DNA of 64,000 bases from Macrostomum lignano. Lineage: Eukaryota. Positions 12,201-22,371 of the stretch are shown here, one piece after another. The stretch covers positions 136,944 to 200,943 of the forward strand of contig NIVC01000910.1 of the NCBI GenBank assembly GCA_002269645.1. The letters run 5' to 3'. Within the stretch, counting starts at the first letter, position 1. Each line of letters begins with the position of its first letter. The notes beneath the pieces were generated by a model. That model made no database searches and was not told where the DNA came from. It was given only the letters and a program-made list of their open reading frames with translations. A program made the translations under genes and the position numbers.

Positions 12201-15200
12201 GAAACATTTTTTTGTATTTTTAAAGCCAAGGCTCATTTATTGGCTCTTACCCCCCAGCTTAAACCCTCCAACCGCGCCTTTCCATACTATCCCCCACCCC
12301 GCCCCAATTTCTAATTGGCAGCCTAAAGCTTCCATGTACATTTCAGTGGACTGGCTAATGTACATTACTGCTGAACCAATTAGCAAGCTGTTTACACCTC
12401 CAAGCTTGGGCTTCTAAACTTATCAAAGTCATTTCAGCCGCCTTTATTTTTATAAAATAACTTATGTATTCTTCTTTGCTACTGAACTGAAAGTAGAAAG
12501 CTGTTTTGCTAAGTATATATGCCTGAGTGGCCGCCTATCTAGATATTTCAGTGCTCGCACTTCTGCAGCCATTATTCAACACAGCTAGGGGTGCATACTG
12601 AACAAGTCTGCCATTGCACTGATCTAGTTTTGGTATTAACCAAAATCGTCTATATTTATCTGGTTAATCGCCGCACAGACAATCTCTAATGAAAATTCAA
12701 ATAAAATATTATTCGGATTTCTATTCTCAAAACTTCCACGTTACCCTTTCAGAAGAAGAGCAGCAGCGCAGGCAAAGAGGTGACGCAGAGGAGCCCAGCG
12801 GGTGAGTGGGGAACAGTCGAGGCAAGGAGCCTCAAATATTTGAAATTTTAGGGCTGCGGGCGACATGTCCCACAACCAGCGCTCACACAGGGTGTACAGC
12901 AGCCCTGACTTTCTAATCGTCGGGAATGTACACTCTTCAATGTACACACGAGGGTTTGGCCCTGATGGCTGTGAATCGCACACGACAACGCCATTTTTTG
13001 TACTCAAGCCCCAAATATGGCCGCTCATGGAATCAAACCAGGGGTCGAGGCGTGAGGAATTATTAAAAAAAACAGCGAATAACCTACTCTAGAATATCCC
13101 AGAAGTAGCCTCAGAAATGTCTCAGAGTAAGCCTAAGATTCCTAATAATTATTTCTCGGAAAAATAAGCACACAAATATCAACTTATACACCTTGAGAAG
13201 CTCGAGAGTAGCACCTACAATTACCCCAATAGTATCTTCTGAAATACCCACAGAAATACACACAGATGTACCCATAGAAATGCCAATCGAAGTGCATGTA
13301 CTCTCCCAAATACCCCAGAAAGAGTACCCCCGAAATACCCAAGAACACATACCCTCCGGAATACCCCAGAAGGAATACCCTCCAAAATACCCCAGAAAGA
13401 ATACCCTCCGAAATATCCAAGAACAAATACCCTCCGGAATACCCCAGAAAAAATACCCTTCGAAATATCTCAGAGGTAATACCCTTCAAAACACCTACGA
13501 ACAAATACCTTTCGAAACACCCCCAAAAATACCCTCAGAAATACCCCAAAAATAATACCCTCCTACCCAAAAAAATACCCTCCAACCTACCCCAGAAAGA
13601 ATACCCTCCAAAATACCCAAGAACAAATACCCTCCGGAATACCCCAGAAGGAATACCCTTCGAAATATCTCAGAGGTAATACCCTTAAAAACACCTACGA
13701 ACAAATACCTTTCGAAACACCCCCAAAAATACCCTCAGAAATACCCCAAAAAATAATACCCTCCTACCCGAAAAAATACCCTCCAAACTACCCCAGAAGA
13801 AGGCTAAAACACTGGGAAATTCCCCGCCCCTCCCCCACGCAGTAGCGGTGGCCGAACCTCCAGCGCTAAGCCGGCGCCGCTGCCGAAGACCAAGGCCGGC
13901 GCCGCGGTGGTCGACGACGGCAGCGGCAAGCGCGTCAGCGGGGTGATCATCGAGCGCGACCAGGACTCCGACGACGACCAGTTCGTGGTGGAGGAGGCGC
14001 CGCCAACCCTGCTAGCCGGCGGCCTAGGCGACGACGGCGGCGGCGGCCTCGACGACGACGAAGAAGGTCGCGACGAGCAGCACGGCGGGCTGGTGAAGGA
14101 GATGCTGAAGTCCAAGCAGGAGTTCAAGGACGCCAGCGGCGGCGCCAAGGACGCCGGCGGCAAGACGGTGCTGACCACCACAGACGCCAACAGGAAGCGG
14201 GAGAAGGCGGCCACGGCTAGGGAGATTGACAGGCTGAAGCAGCAGCTGCAGGCGCTGACCCGGGAGGCCAACCCGCTCGGCAAAGTCATCGACTACGTGC
14301 AGGAAGACCTGGACTCCATGTCAAAGGAGCTGGAGCGGTGGCGCGCCGAGACAAAAGAGGTCATGGCCCGGCTGAAGCAGGAGCAGAGGTACGAAATCCC
14401 ATAATATCTCTAATAATATTATGATCCCTGATCCCAAATATTCTCTGATCCCAAATACTCTCTGATCCCAAATGCTCTCTAATCCTAAATATTCCTTGAT
14501 CCCAAATATTCCCTCAAGCCAGATATTCCCTGATCCTAAATATTCCCTGATTCTAAATATTCCCTGATCCCAAATATTCCCTGATCCTAAATATTCCCTG
14601 ATCCCAAATATTCTTTGATCCCAAATACTCTCTGATCCCAAATGCTCTCTAATCCTAAATATTCCTTGATCCCAAATATTCCCTCAAGCCAGATATTCCC
14701 TGATCCTAATTATTCCCTGATTCTAAATATTCCCTGATCCCAAATATTCCCTGATTCTAAATATTCCCTGATCCTAAATATTCCCTGATCCCAAATATTC
14801 CCTGATTCTAAATATTCCCTGATCCTAAATATTCCCTGATCCCAAATATTCCCTGATCCTAAATATTCCCTGATCCCAAATATTCCCTGATCCTAAATAT
14901 TCCCTAAAGCCAGATGTTCCCTGATCCTAAATATTCACTGATCCCAAATATTCCCTGATCCTAAATATTCCCTGATCCCAAATATTCCTTGATCCTAAAT
15001 ATCCCCTCATCCCAGATATTCCCTGATCCTAAATATTCCCTGATTCTAAATATTCCCTGATCCCAAATATTCACTGATCCTAAATATTCCCTCAAGCCAG
15101 ATATTCCCTGATCCTATATATTCCCCGATTCTAAATATTCCCTGATCCCAAATATTCCTTGATCCTAAATATTCCCTCAAGCCAGATGTTCCCTGATCCT

Positions 15201-15701
15201 AAATATTCCCTGATTCTAAATATTCCCTGATCTCAAATATTCCTTGATTCTAAATATCCCCTCATCCCAGATATTCCCTGATCCTAAATATTCCCCGATC
15301 CTATATTCGGGAATTCCATATTTCATGATAACCAAATCCTCAGCCCCTGAAGCCACGCACCCACCAGCTCCTGAAGCCACGCACCCGCCAGCCACTGAAG
15401 CCACGCACCCACCAGCCCCTGAAGCCACGCACCCACCAGCCCCTGAAGCCACGCACCAACCAGCCCCTGAAGCCACGCACCCACCAGACCCTGAAGCCAC
15501 GCACCCACCAGACCCTGAAGCCACGATCTCCCCCGGTCCCGCAGCACGGCAGACGCCTCGCTGAATGGCCTGCGGCACCAGCTGGCTGAGCTGGAGCAAG
15601 CCGAGCGCGACAAGCTCGACCTCATCGCCACCGTCAAGGCCAACATCGTGCGCAACGATGAGCGAATATCCAAAATGATCGAAGCGCTGAGCCGCTCCTG
15701 A
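6284..15701 (+). CDS. IFT54: Intraflagellar transport protein 54 (TRAF3IP1/MIP-T3)
   Basis: Exons 6284-6536, 6643-6755, 6875-7381, possible 8121-8219, 10443-10560, 12753-12801, 13843-14388 and 15545-15701, all GT-AG with compatible phases. The N-terminal CH-like domain reads [40 protein letters not shown]...IVAGKEAEKTNAFLQ. It is followed by a charged D/K/R/E linker, an RPSSAKG motif and the C-terminal coiled coil LQALTREANPLGKVIDYVQEDLDSMSKELERW...VKANIVRNDERISKM, as in known IFT54 orthologues. Confidence 0.95.
8341..8643 (-). mobile_element. tRNA-derived CORE-SINE in an IFT54 intron
   Basis: The minus strand shows A box GTAGTTTAGTGGT and B box GGTTCGATTCC. Then GTGTCCTTGAGCAAGACACTTAACTCTGCATTGCTTCAGTTCACCCAGCTGTAAAATGGGTGCC resembles the MIR CORE domain (GTGACCTTGGGCAAGTTACTTAACC...CTGTAAAATGGG). 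A short (TTA)n tail lies at ~8341-8351. Confidence 0.8.
9350..9720. repeat. 11-bp minisatellite (GAACTAGCATG)n in an IFT54 intron
   Basis: Directly visible. Confidence 0.95.
10565..10578 (+). promoter_or_regulatory. RFX X-box motif GTTGTCATGGTAAC overlapping an IFT54 splice donor
   Basis: Matches the X-box consensus GTHNYY-AT-RRNAAC exactly and lies inside a core ciliary gene. Function untested. Confidence 0.4.
11220..11630. repeat. 39-bp minisatellite (GGTGTAGAATGGATTGCTAATCTATCGTCTTTGAATAAA)n, about 10 copies
   Basis: Directly visible and intronic. Confidence 0.95.
12860..13055 (-). mobile_element. tRNA-derived SINE copy (family A), degenerate
   Basis: B-box-like complement GGAATCAAACC at 13029-13039 and the shared body motif at 12880-12918. 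Confidence 0.5.
13290..13800. repeat. Irregular AAATACCC-rich repeat with an ~180-bp higher-order duplication
   Basis: Directly visible and intronic, ending just before the acceptor at 13842. Confidence 0.85.
14400..15300. repeat. 17-bp minisatellite (CTGATCCTAAATATTCC)n
   Basis: Directly visible in the last IFT54 intron. Confidence 0.95.
15340..15525. repeat. 24-bp minisatellite (CCCTGAAGCCACGCACCCACCAGC)n
   Basis: Directly visible, abutting the last IFT54 acceptor. Confidence 0.9.
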
Positions 15702-16029
15702 GCTTTGAGCGGGGGAAAACTTTCTGTGATTCTGATTTGTTTTGAAATGCAATGCTTTAGCTTCATCGCTTCGGAAGAAGTATAATCTCTTTTTTATAAA
15801 GTACTTCTATCTCTGTGAGCTCACCTAACAACAGAAGAATTTCGAACACGGCTTGAAGACGAGAAACAGTAATTACTTGTAACAGTATATATCAATTAGT
15901 CTACTCAATTCTTATCTGAATTGGGATAAGTGACGACAGAATGGACAGGTAGGGTAGAGTGCTTGTACAGCTGGGGACGAGACGTTGTTGCCAAAATAAC
16001 ATGAGAGCAGCTTTGACCTCTCCTGTCTT

Positions 16030-16310
16030 TTTCTCTTCTCTCTCCTCTCTCCTCTCTCTTCTCTCCTCTCTCCTCTCTCCTCTCTCCTCTCTTCTCTCTC
16101 CTCTCTCCTCTCTCCTCTCTCCTCTCGCCTCTCTCCTCTCTCCTCTCTCCTCTCTCCTCTCTCCTCTCTCCTCTCTCCTCTCTCCTCTCTCCTCTCTCCT
16201 CTCTCCTCTCTCCTCTCCCCTCTCCTCTCTCCTCTCTCCTCTCGCCTCTCTCTTCTCTCTCCTCTCTCCTCTCTCCTCTCTTCTCTCCTCTCTCCTCTCT
16301 CCTCTCCCCT
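16030..16310. repeat. CT-rich microsatellite (CTCTC/TCTCC)n
   Basis: Directly visible polypyrimidine tract. Confidence 0.95.
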
Positions 16311-16809
16311 TTTGCAGAGAGCCAGCCGCATTCAACTGCATTCTCAGCTTGGCAACCGCCCCCCCCCTCACCCCTAGCAGAGTCGCACTTTGTCCAAAAA
16401 TCAAAATTTCTAACGTTTGCTAACTATCATCGAATGCTGAATATGCTACTAACAGCGAAAGCCATCAGCTAAGTAGTATAATAGATATATCTTACAGTCT
16501 ATATGTATACAATTAACGAGCAAGTTGTTAGCGCACCGCACTCTGCTGCACTTTCGATTTAAACAGCAGAGCCCCCTCAACACTCTTAATGACTTTGATT
16601 TACTCGTGAAATTGACTGAATTATGCTTTATTTTAGTTTACTACTCAAGTCTCAATGTCAATAAAAAGTAATAAATAATAGATGCCTGATGAATTCGACT
16701 CAAACACACGAGCATCTTGTCGGCTCAGCCAATTTAATGGAGCGAGCTGATTTTATACGGCTTCTGGTCTGAGCTTCTGGTTCGCCACTACCGCTTTCAT
16801 AGGACCCAC

Positions 16810-17090
16810 AACAGACATCCCAAACAGAACAGCGCCCTACAACAGACACTCCAAACAGAACAGCGCCCTACAACAGACACTCCAAACAGAACAGCGCCCG
16901 ACAACAGACACCCCAAACTGAACAGCGCCCGACAACAGACACCCCAAACAGAACAGCGCCCGACAACAGACACCCCAAACTGAACAGCGCCCGACAACAG
17001 ACACTCCAAACTGAACAGCGCCCTACAACAGACACCACAAACTGAACAGCGCCCTACAACAGACACTCCAAACGGAACAGCGCCCTACCA
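16810..17090 (+). repeat. 31-bp minisatellite (AACAGCGCCCTACAACAGACACCCCAAACTG)n, left arm
   Basis: About 9 copies. It is the reverse complement of the array at 17710-18595. Confidence 0.9.
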
Positions 17091-17709
17091 TGAAGCAAAT
17101 TTGACTAAAAAATTGTCATCAGCAGCATAGTTAGAAGCGAGACACTGAAAAACATCAACCCGTATTTCCCCAAACTCTTCTCCGCCCCCTAGCACAGAAA
17201 ATTTTCCAATTGCTGTCCTTCTAGGCAACTCGTGACGCGCAACAATCTTGGGCTGGCGCCAGCGCCTGCTAAAAATTCATTCTCAAAAGTAGGCCAGCTC
17301 GGGGATAAACAGTCGCGCAGGCGGATAATCTAGAGATGAGGGGGGGGGCGTCGCAGCGCCTACCTAATTGAAACTTCCGGGAGAACTTCGGGATCCGGGA
17401 TGCGGGCTCTGAGATAGATCCAACCCCCCCCCCCAGTGCTCAATACAGAAGCCTTCCACCCAAACTGCGCGACTCTTCAAAGCAGAAAACGAAGACGAAG
17501 GGAGGCAGGTGAAAAAGCCGGCAACGAAACAGTCGGAGTAGCTTTTGAGAGGGGCAACAGTCAGTCTGCTTTTGCGTGACCAACTGCCAAGATTCTCATG
17601 ACAAGCGTCTTTAGTTAAGGCGAAAAATTCAAAATAAGTTTCCGAAATGATTTTTTTGATAGAGCCAATCGATTCTAGACTTTGGTAAACTGACTGATCT
17701 AAAGTGGCT

Positions 17710-18595
17710 TCAGTTTAGGGTGTCTCTTGTAGGGTGCTGTTCAGTTTGGGGTGTCTGTCATAGGGCGCTGTTCAGTTTGGGGTGTCTGTTGTAGGGTGCT
17801 GTTCAGTTTGGGGTGTCTGATGTAGGGCGCTGTTCAGTTTGGAGTGTCTGTTGTAGGGCGCTGTTCAGTTTGTGGTGTCTGTTGTAGGGCGCTGTTCAGT
17901 TTGGGGTGTCTGTTGTAGGGTGCTGTTCAGTTTGGGGTGTCTGTCATAGGGCGCTGTTCAGTTTGGGGTGTCTGTTGTAGGGCGCTGTTCAGTTTGGGGT
18001 GTCTGTAGGGCGCTGTTCAGTTTGGGGTGTCTGTTGTAGGGCGCTGTTCAGTTTGGGGTGTCTGTAGGGCGCTGTTCAGTTTGGGGTGTCTGTAGGGCGC
18101 TGTTCTGTTTGGAGTGTCTGTTGTAGGGCGCTTTTCAGTTTGGGGTGTCTGTTGTAGGGCGCTGTTCAGTTTGGGGTGTCTGTTGTAGGACGCTGTTCAG
18201 TTTGGAGTGTCTGTTGTAGGGTGCTGTTCAGTTTGGGGTGTCTGTCATAGGGCGCTGTTCAGTTTGGGGTGTCTGTTGTAGGGCGCTGTTCAGTTTGGGG
18301 TGTCTGTTGTAGGGCGCTGTTCAGTTTGTGGTGTCTGTTGTAGGGCGCTGTTCAGTTTGGGGTGTCTGTTGTAGGACGCTGTTCAGTTTGGAGTGTCTGT
18401 TGTAGGGTGCTGTTCAGTTTGGGGTGTCTGTCATAGGGCGCTGTTCAGTTTGGGGAGTCTATTGTAGGGTGCTGTTCAGTTTGGGGTGTCTGTTGTAGGG
18501 TGCTGTTCAGTTTGGGGTGTCTGTTGTAGGGCGCTGTTCAGTTTGGGGTGTCTGTTGTAGGGCGCTGTTCAGTTTGGGGTGTCTGTTGTAGGGCT
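17710..18595 (-). repeat. The same 31-bp minisatellite in inverted orientation, right arm
   Basis: Unit CAGTTTGGGGTGTCTGTTGTAGGGCGCTGTT, roughly 29 copies. Confidence 0.9.
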
Positions 18596-19125
18596 GCTCC
18601 TAGGCGAGTTGCTGCTGGTAGGAGCAAGCCCTGTTGCTTTACCTGCCCCAATGACACATTGGGATTTACAATCAGATGGTGGGGCAACATGCGCTGCTGG
18701 AAATTTTTCAGCCAGATTCTCTCCAAACTGCCGAGCACCCATTTACTCACAGGCAACAATAGTTCATTGTTTGGGTAAACATTTTTTCTAGAAAAGCAGA
18801 ACTGAACTCAGACCGAGCCAGCAAGCAGACGGGAAGGAAGGGACAGGCAAACATCGTAAGCGACGAATTCTGAAGTGGGCAGCAGGCTGCTCACTGCTGC
18901 ATTCCCTGACATTTGGGAGGCCTCTTGAGAACCTGGGAATGGAAAGAGCCACAATTCCGCAGATCCCTAAAAGCTCCGTTTCTGGAGCGCCGCAGGAGAG
19001 CGAAACACTGCTTGTTCGCTCTTCAGGCACTGACCAGGGAGCACTAAGACAGAGATTCTGGAGTGGCGACTGAGCTGACAGCGGAATTCGTCAGAGTTCG
19101 TGTTGCTACAGGGATAACGTAGAAT

Positions 19126-19990
19126 CCAGACTTCTATCTTCAGGCGTCCCTGGTCCAACTCTCGTCATCAATCCCAGTAAGAGAGCTTTGCAGTTTCCAA
19201 TCCAGACTTCTATCTTCAGGCGTCCCTGGTCCAACTCTCGTCATCAATTCCAGTAAGAGAGCTTTGCAGTTTCCAATCCAGACTTCTATCTTCAGGCGTC
19301 CCTGGTCCAACTCTCGTCATCAATCCCAGTAAGAGAGCTTTGCAGTTTCCAATCCAGACTTCTATCTTTAGGCGTCCCTGGTCCAACTCTCGTCATCAAT
19401 CCCAGTAAGAGAGCTTTGCAGTTTCCAATCCAGACTTCTATCTTCAGGCGTCCCCGGTCCAACTCTCGTCATCAATCCCAGTAAGAGAGCTTTGCAGTTT
19501 CCAATCCAGACTTCTATCTTCAGGCGTCCCTGGTCCAACTCTCGTCATCAATCCCAGTAAGAGAGCTTTGCAGTTTCCAATCCAGACTTCTATCTTCAGG
19601 CGTCCCCGGTCCAACTCTCGTCATCAATCCCAGTAAGAGAGCTTTGCAGTTTCCAATCCAGACTTCTATCTTCAGGCGTCCCTGGTCCAACTCTCGTCAT
19701 CAATCCCAGTAAGAGAGCTTTGCAGTTTCCAATCCAGACTTCTATCTTCAGGCGTCCCCGGTCCAACTCTCGTCATCAATCCCAGTAAGAGAGCTTTGCA
19801 GTTTCCAATCCAGACTTCTATCTTCAGGCGTCCCTGGTCCAACTCTCGTCATCAATCTCAGTAAGAGAGCTTTGCAGTTTCCAATCCAGACTTCTATCTT
19901 CAGGCGTCCCCGGTCCAACTCTCGTCATCAATCCCAGTAAGAGAGCTTTGCAGTTTCCAATCCAGACTTCTATCCTCAGGCGTCCCTGGC
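19126..19990. repeat. 76-bp tandem repeat, about 11 highly homogeneous copies
   Basis: Unit starts recur at 19126, 19202, 19278 and onward. Confidence 0.95.
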
Positions 19991-20302
19991 CCAAGCTCTC
20001 CTGAATCCACTTTGTCATGTAGAAATGCTCCCCAGTCGCCGAGCTGGCTCCATCCTGCCTTCGCTCCTCGGCTGGCACAGATTGGCCCCGGTTGCGTCCC
20101 CTGAGAGGTCCCCCCGCCCGGTGACTAGCGAGATTTACCTGCAGCTCCAGCCCGAGTCGGCACTTCTTTCTCTCTCTTTGCTTTTTTCGCGAGCGAGACA
20201 CTCTTTATAAAGTTATTTCGCTCTCAACAAATTTTTGTTAGGCTAATTTTTAAATAACCCAGTCCAGCACTGTCTGTTTATCATTCTACTCCAGTGAGGA
20301 TT

Positions 20303-22164
20303 ATGAATTTTCTAGGAATTCGAGGCGCAGGAGCGGCCCTGCCACTGGTGCTGCTGATCGCTGCCGCTCAGCTACAAGTGGTGAGTGAGCCTTGCATTGC
20401 GGAGTGTGGAGGCTGGGATGTGGGCAGATTATGCGTAGCTATCCCAGATAGTTGCTAAGGAAGTGAAAATTCTGGCCTCAATGGAATCTGTGCTTGCGAA
20501 AGTTGCAGATAAATTCGGGGTATCAGAATAAAATCAAGTAGCAGAGTGACGAGACAAAATTCACGGTGTGAAAAGACTCTCCCTTCCCACCAAATTAGCG
20601 GAGTGACAAGACTCCATTATCAAATTAGTAAAATGACAAGACTGTGACACGATTTTTTGGCAGAGTGACAAGATTGGCTAATTGGTAGAGTGACAAGACT
20701 CTCCCTTCCCACCAAATTAGCGGAGTGACAAGACTCCATTATCAAATTAGTAAAATGACAAGACTGTGACACGATTTTTTGGCAGAGTGACAAGATTGGC
20801 TAATTGGTAGAGTGACAAGACTCTCCTAGCTAATTATCGGAGTGACAAGACTCCCCCAGCTAATTATAGCGGAGTGACAAGACTCCCCCAGCTAATTATC
20901 GGAGTGACAAGACTCCCCCAGCTAATTATCGGAGTGACAAGACTCTCCTAGCTAATTATCGGAGTGACAAGACTCCCCCCAGCTAGTTATAGCGGAGTGC
21001 CAAGACTCCCCCAGCTAATTATCGGAGTGACAAGACTCTTCTAGCTAATTATCGGAGTGACAAGACTCCCCCATCTAATTAGCGGAGTGACAAGACTCCC
21101 TCAGCTAATTATAGCGGAGTGACAAGACTCCCCCAGCTAATTAGCGGAGTGACAAGACTCCCCCAGCTAATTAGCGGAGTGACAAGACTCCCTCAGATAA
21201 TTATCGGAGTGACAAGACTCCCCCAGCTAATTATCGGAGTGACAAGATTCCCTCAGCTAATTATCGGAGTGACAAGATTCCCTCAGCTAATTATCGGAGT
21301 GACAAGACTCCCTCAGATAATTATCGGAGTGACAAGACTCCCTCAGCTAATTATCGGAGTGACAAGACTCCCCCAGCTAATTATCGGAGTGACAAGACTC
21401 CCCCAGCTAATTATCGGAGTGACAAGACTCCCCCAGCTAATTAGCGGAGTGACAAGACTCCCTCAGCTAATTATCGGAGTGACAAGACTCCCCCAGCTAA
21501 TTAGCGGAGTGACAAGACTCCCCCAGCTAATTAGCGGAGTGACAAGACTCCCTCAGCTAATTTTCGGAGTGACAAGACTCCCCCAGCTAATTATCGGAGT
21601 GACAAGACTCCCTCAGCTAATTATCGGAGTGACAAGACTCCCCCAGCTAATTATCAGAGTGACAAGACTCCCCCAGCTAATTATCGGAGTGACAAGACTC
21701 CCTCAGCTAATTATCGGAGTGACAAGACTCCCCCAGCTAATTAGCGGAGTGACAAGACTCCCCCCAGCTAATTATCGGAGTGACAAGACTCCCCCAGCTA
21801 ATTAGCGGAGTGACAAGATTCCCGCCCGATTCCGCAGTCGCAGTCGCGCAGTCTCCGACCATCGAGCTACTTCGAAGAGGACCAGCAGCTCATTGACGAC
21901 GATTCCAACGAATTTGCCGATTCCGACTGCGACGATCTTGACCCCGTCGACGACTGCGGAGACGACACCCGAAGGGAGCCGCCGGCCAGGGCTGACGACG
22001 ACTGGGTTCGCTCGGAGCCGTCGCGCCGCAGCGACCTCCGCAAGCGCTACGACCCGCTGCTGGCCATCCGACGTCGGCGAAACGGCGACGGCAGCGGCGA
22101 CCAACGCGGATTTCTCCGACAGACAAGCCGGCAGCGACGCTACGACCCGCTGCAGTTCATCTGA
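20303..22164 (+). CDS. Neuropeptide/prohormone precursor, 134 aa, two coding exons
   Basis: Exon 20303-20380 encodes MNFLGIRGAGAALPLVLLIAAAQLQV and ends at GTGAGT in phase 0. Exon 21838-22164 follows TTCCGCAG and encodes SQSRSLRPSSYFEEDQQLIDDDSNEFADSDCDDLDPVDDCGDDTRREPPARADDDWVRSEPSRRSDLRKR-YDPLLAI-RRRRNGDGSGDQRGFLRQTSRQRR-YDPLQFI*. The layout is a signal peptide, an acidic spacer and two similar peptides at basic cleavage sites. Confidence 0.8.
20545..21820. repeat. 30-bp minisatellite (GAGTGACAAGACTCCCCCAGCTAATTATCG)n filling the prohormone intron
   Basis: Directly visible. Older diverged units at 20545-20830 include an ~116-bp duplication. Confidence 0.95.
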
Positions 22165-22371
22165 CCGGCGGACAGCAGAGTCAGCGGCACGGCAGCGTAG
22201 AAAGAATATTTTCAATAACGGTTAAAAATGGAAAATTAAGGAATGGCGAAAAACTTACTTGGCTGAGAAACTTTGAGATGAAAGAAATACAAGCTGGAAT
22301 CGCTGCAGAAATTCAGACTGCGCGTTCGTATTCTGCAATTATTGCTTTTTGTCCACTTTTTACTGTTTGAA

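Noticed and set aside
13193-13679. Pro/Tyr/Lys-rich ORFs and the PAPEATH ORF at 15244-15564
   Set aside because: They are intronic repeats between well-supported IFT54 exons.
21119-21805. 228-aa VTRLPQLIIG repeat ORF
   Set aside because: It is an intronic 30-bp minisatellite of the prohormone gene.
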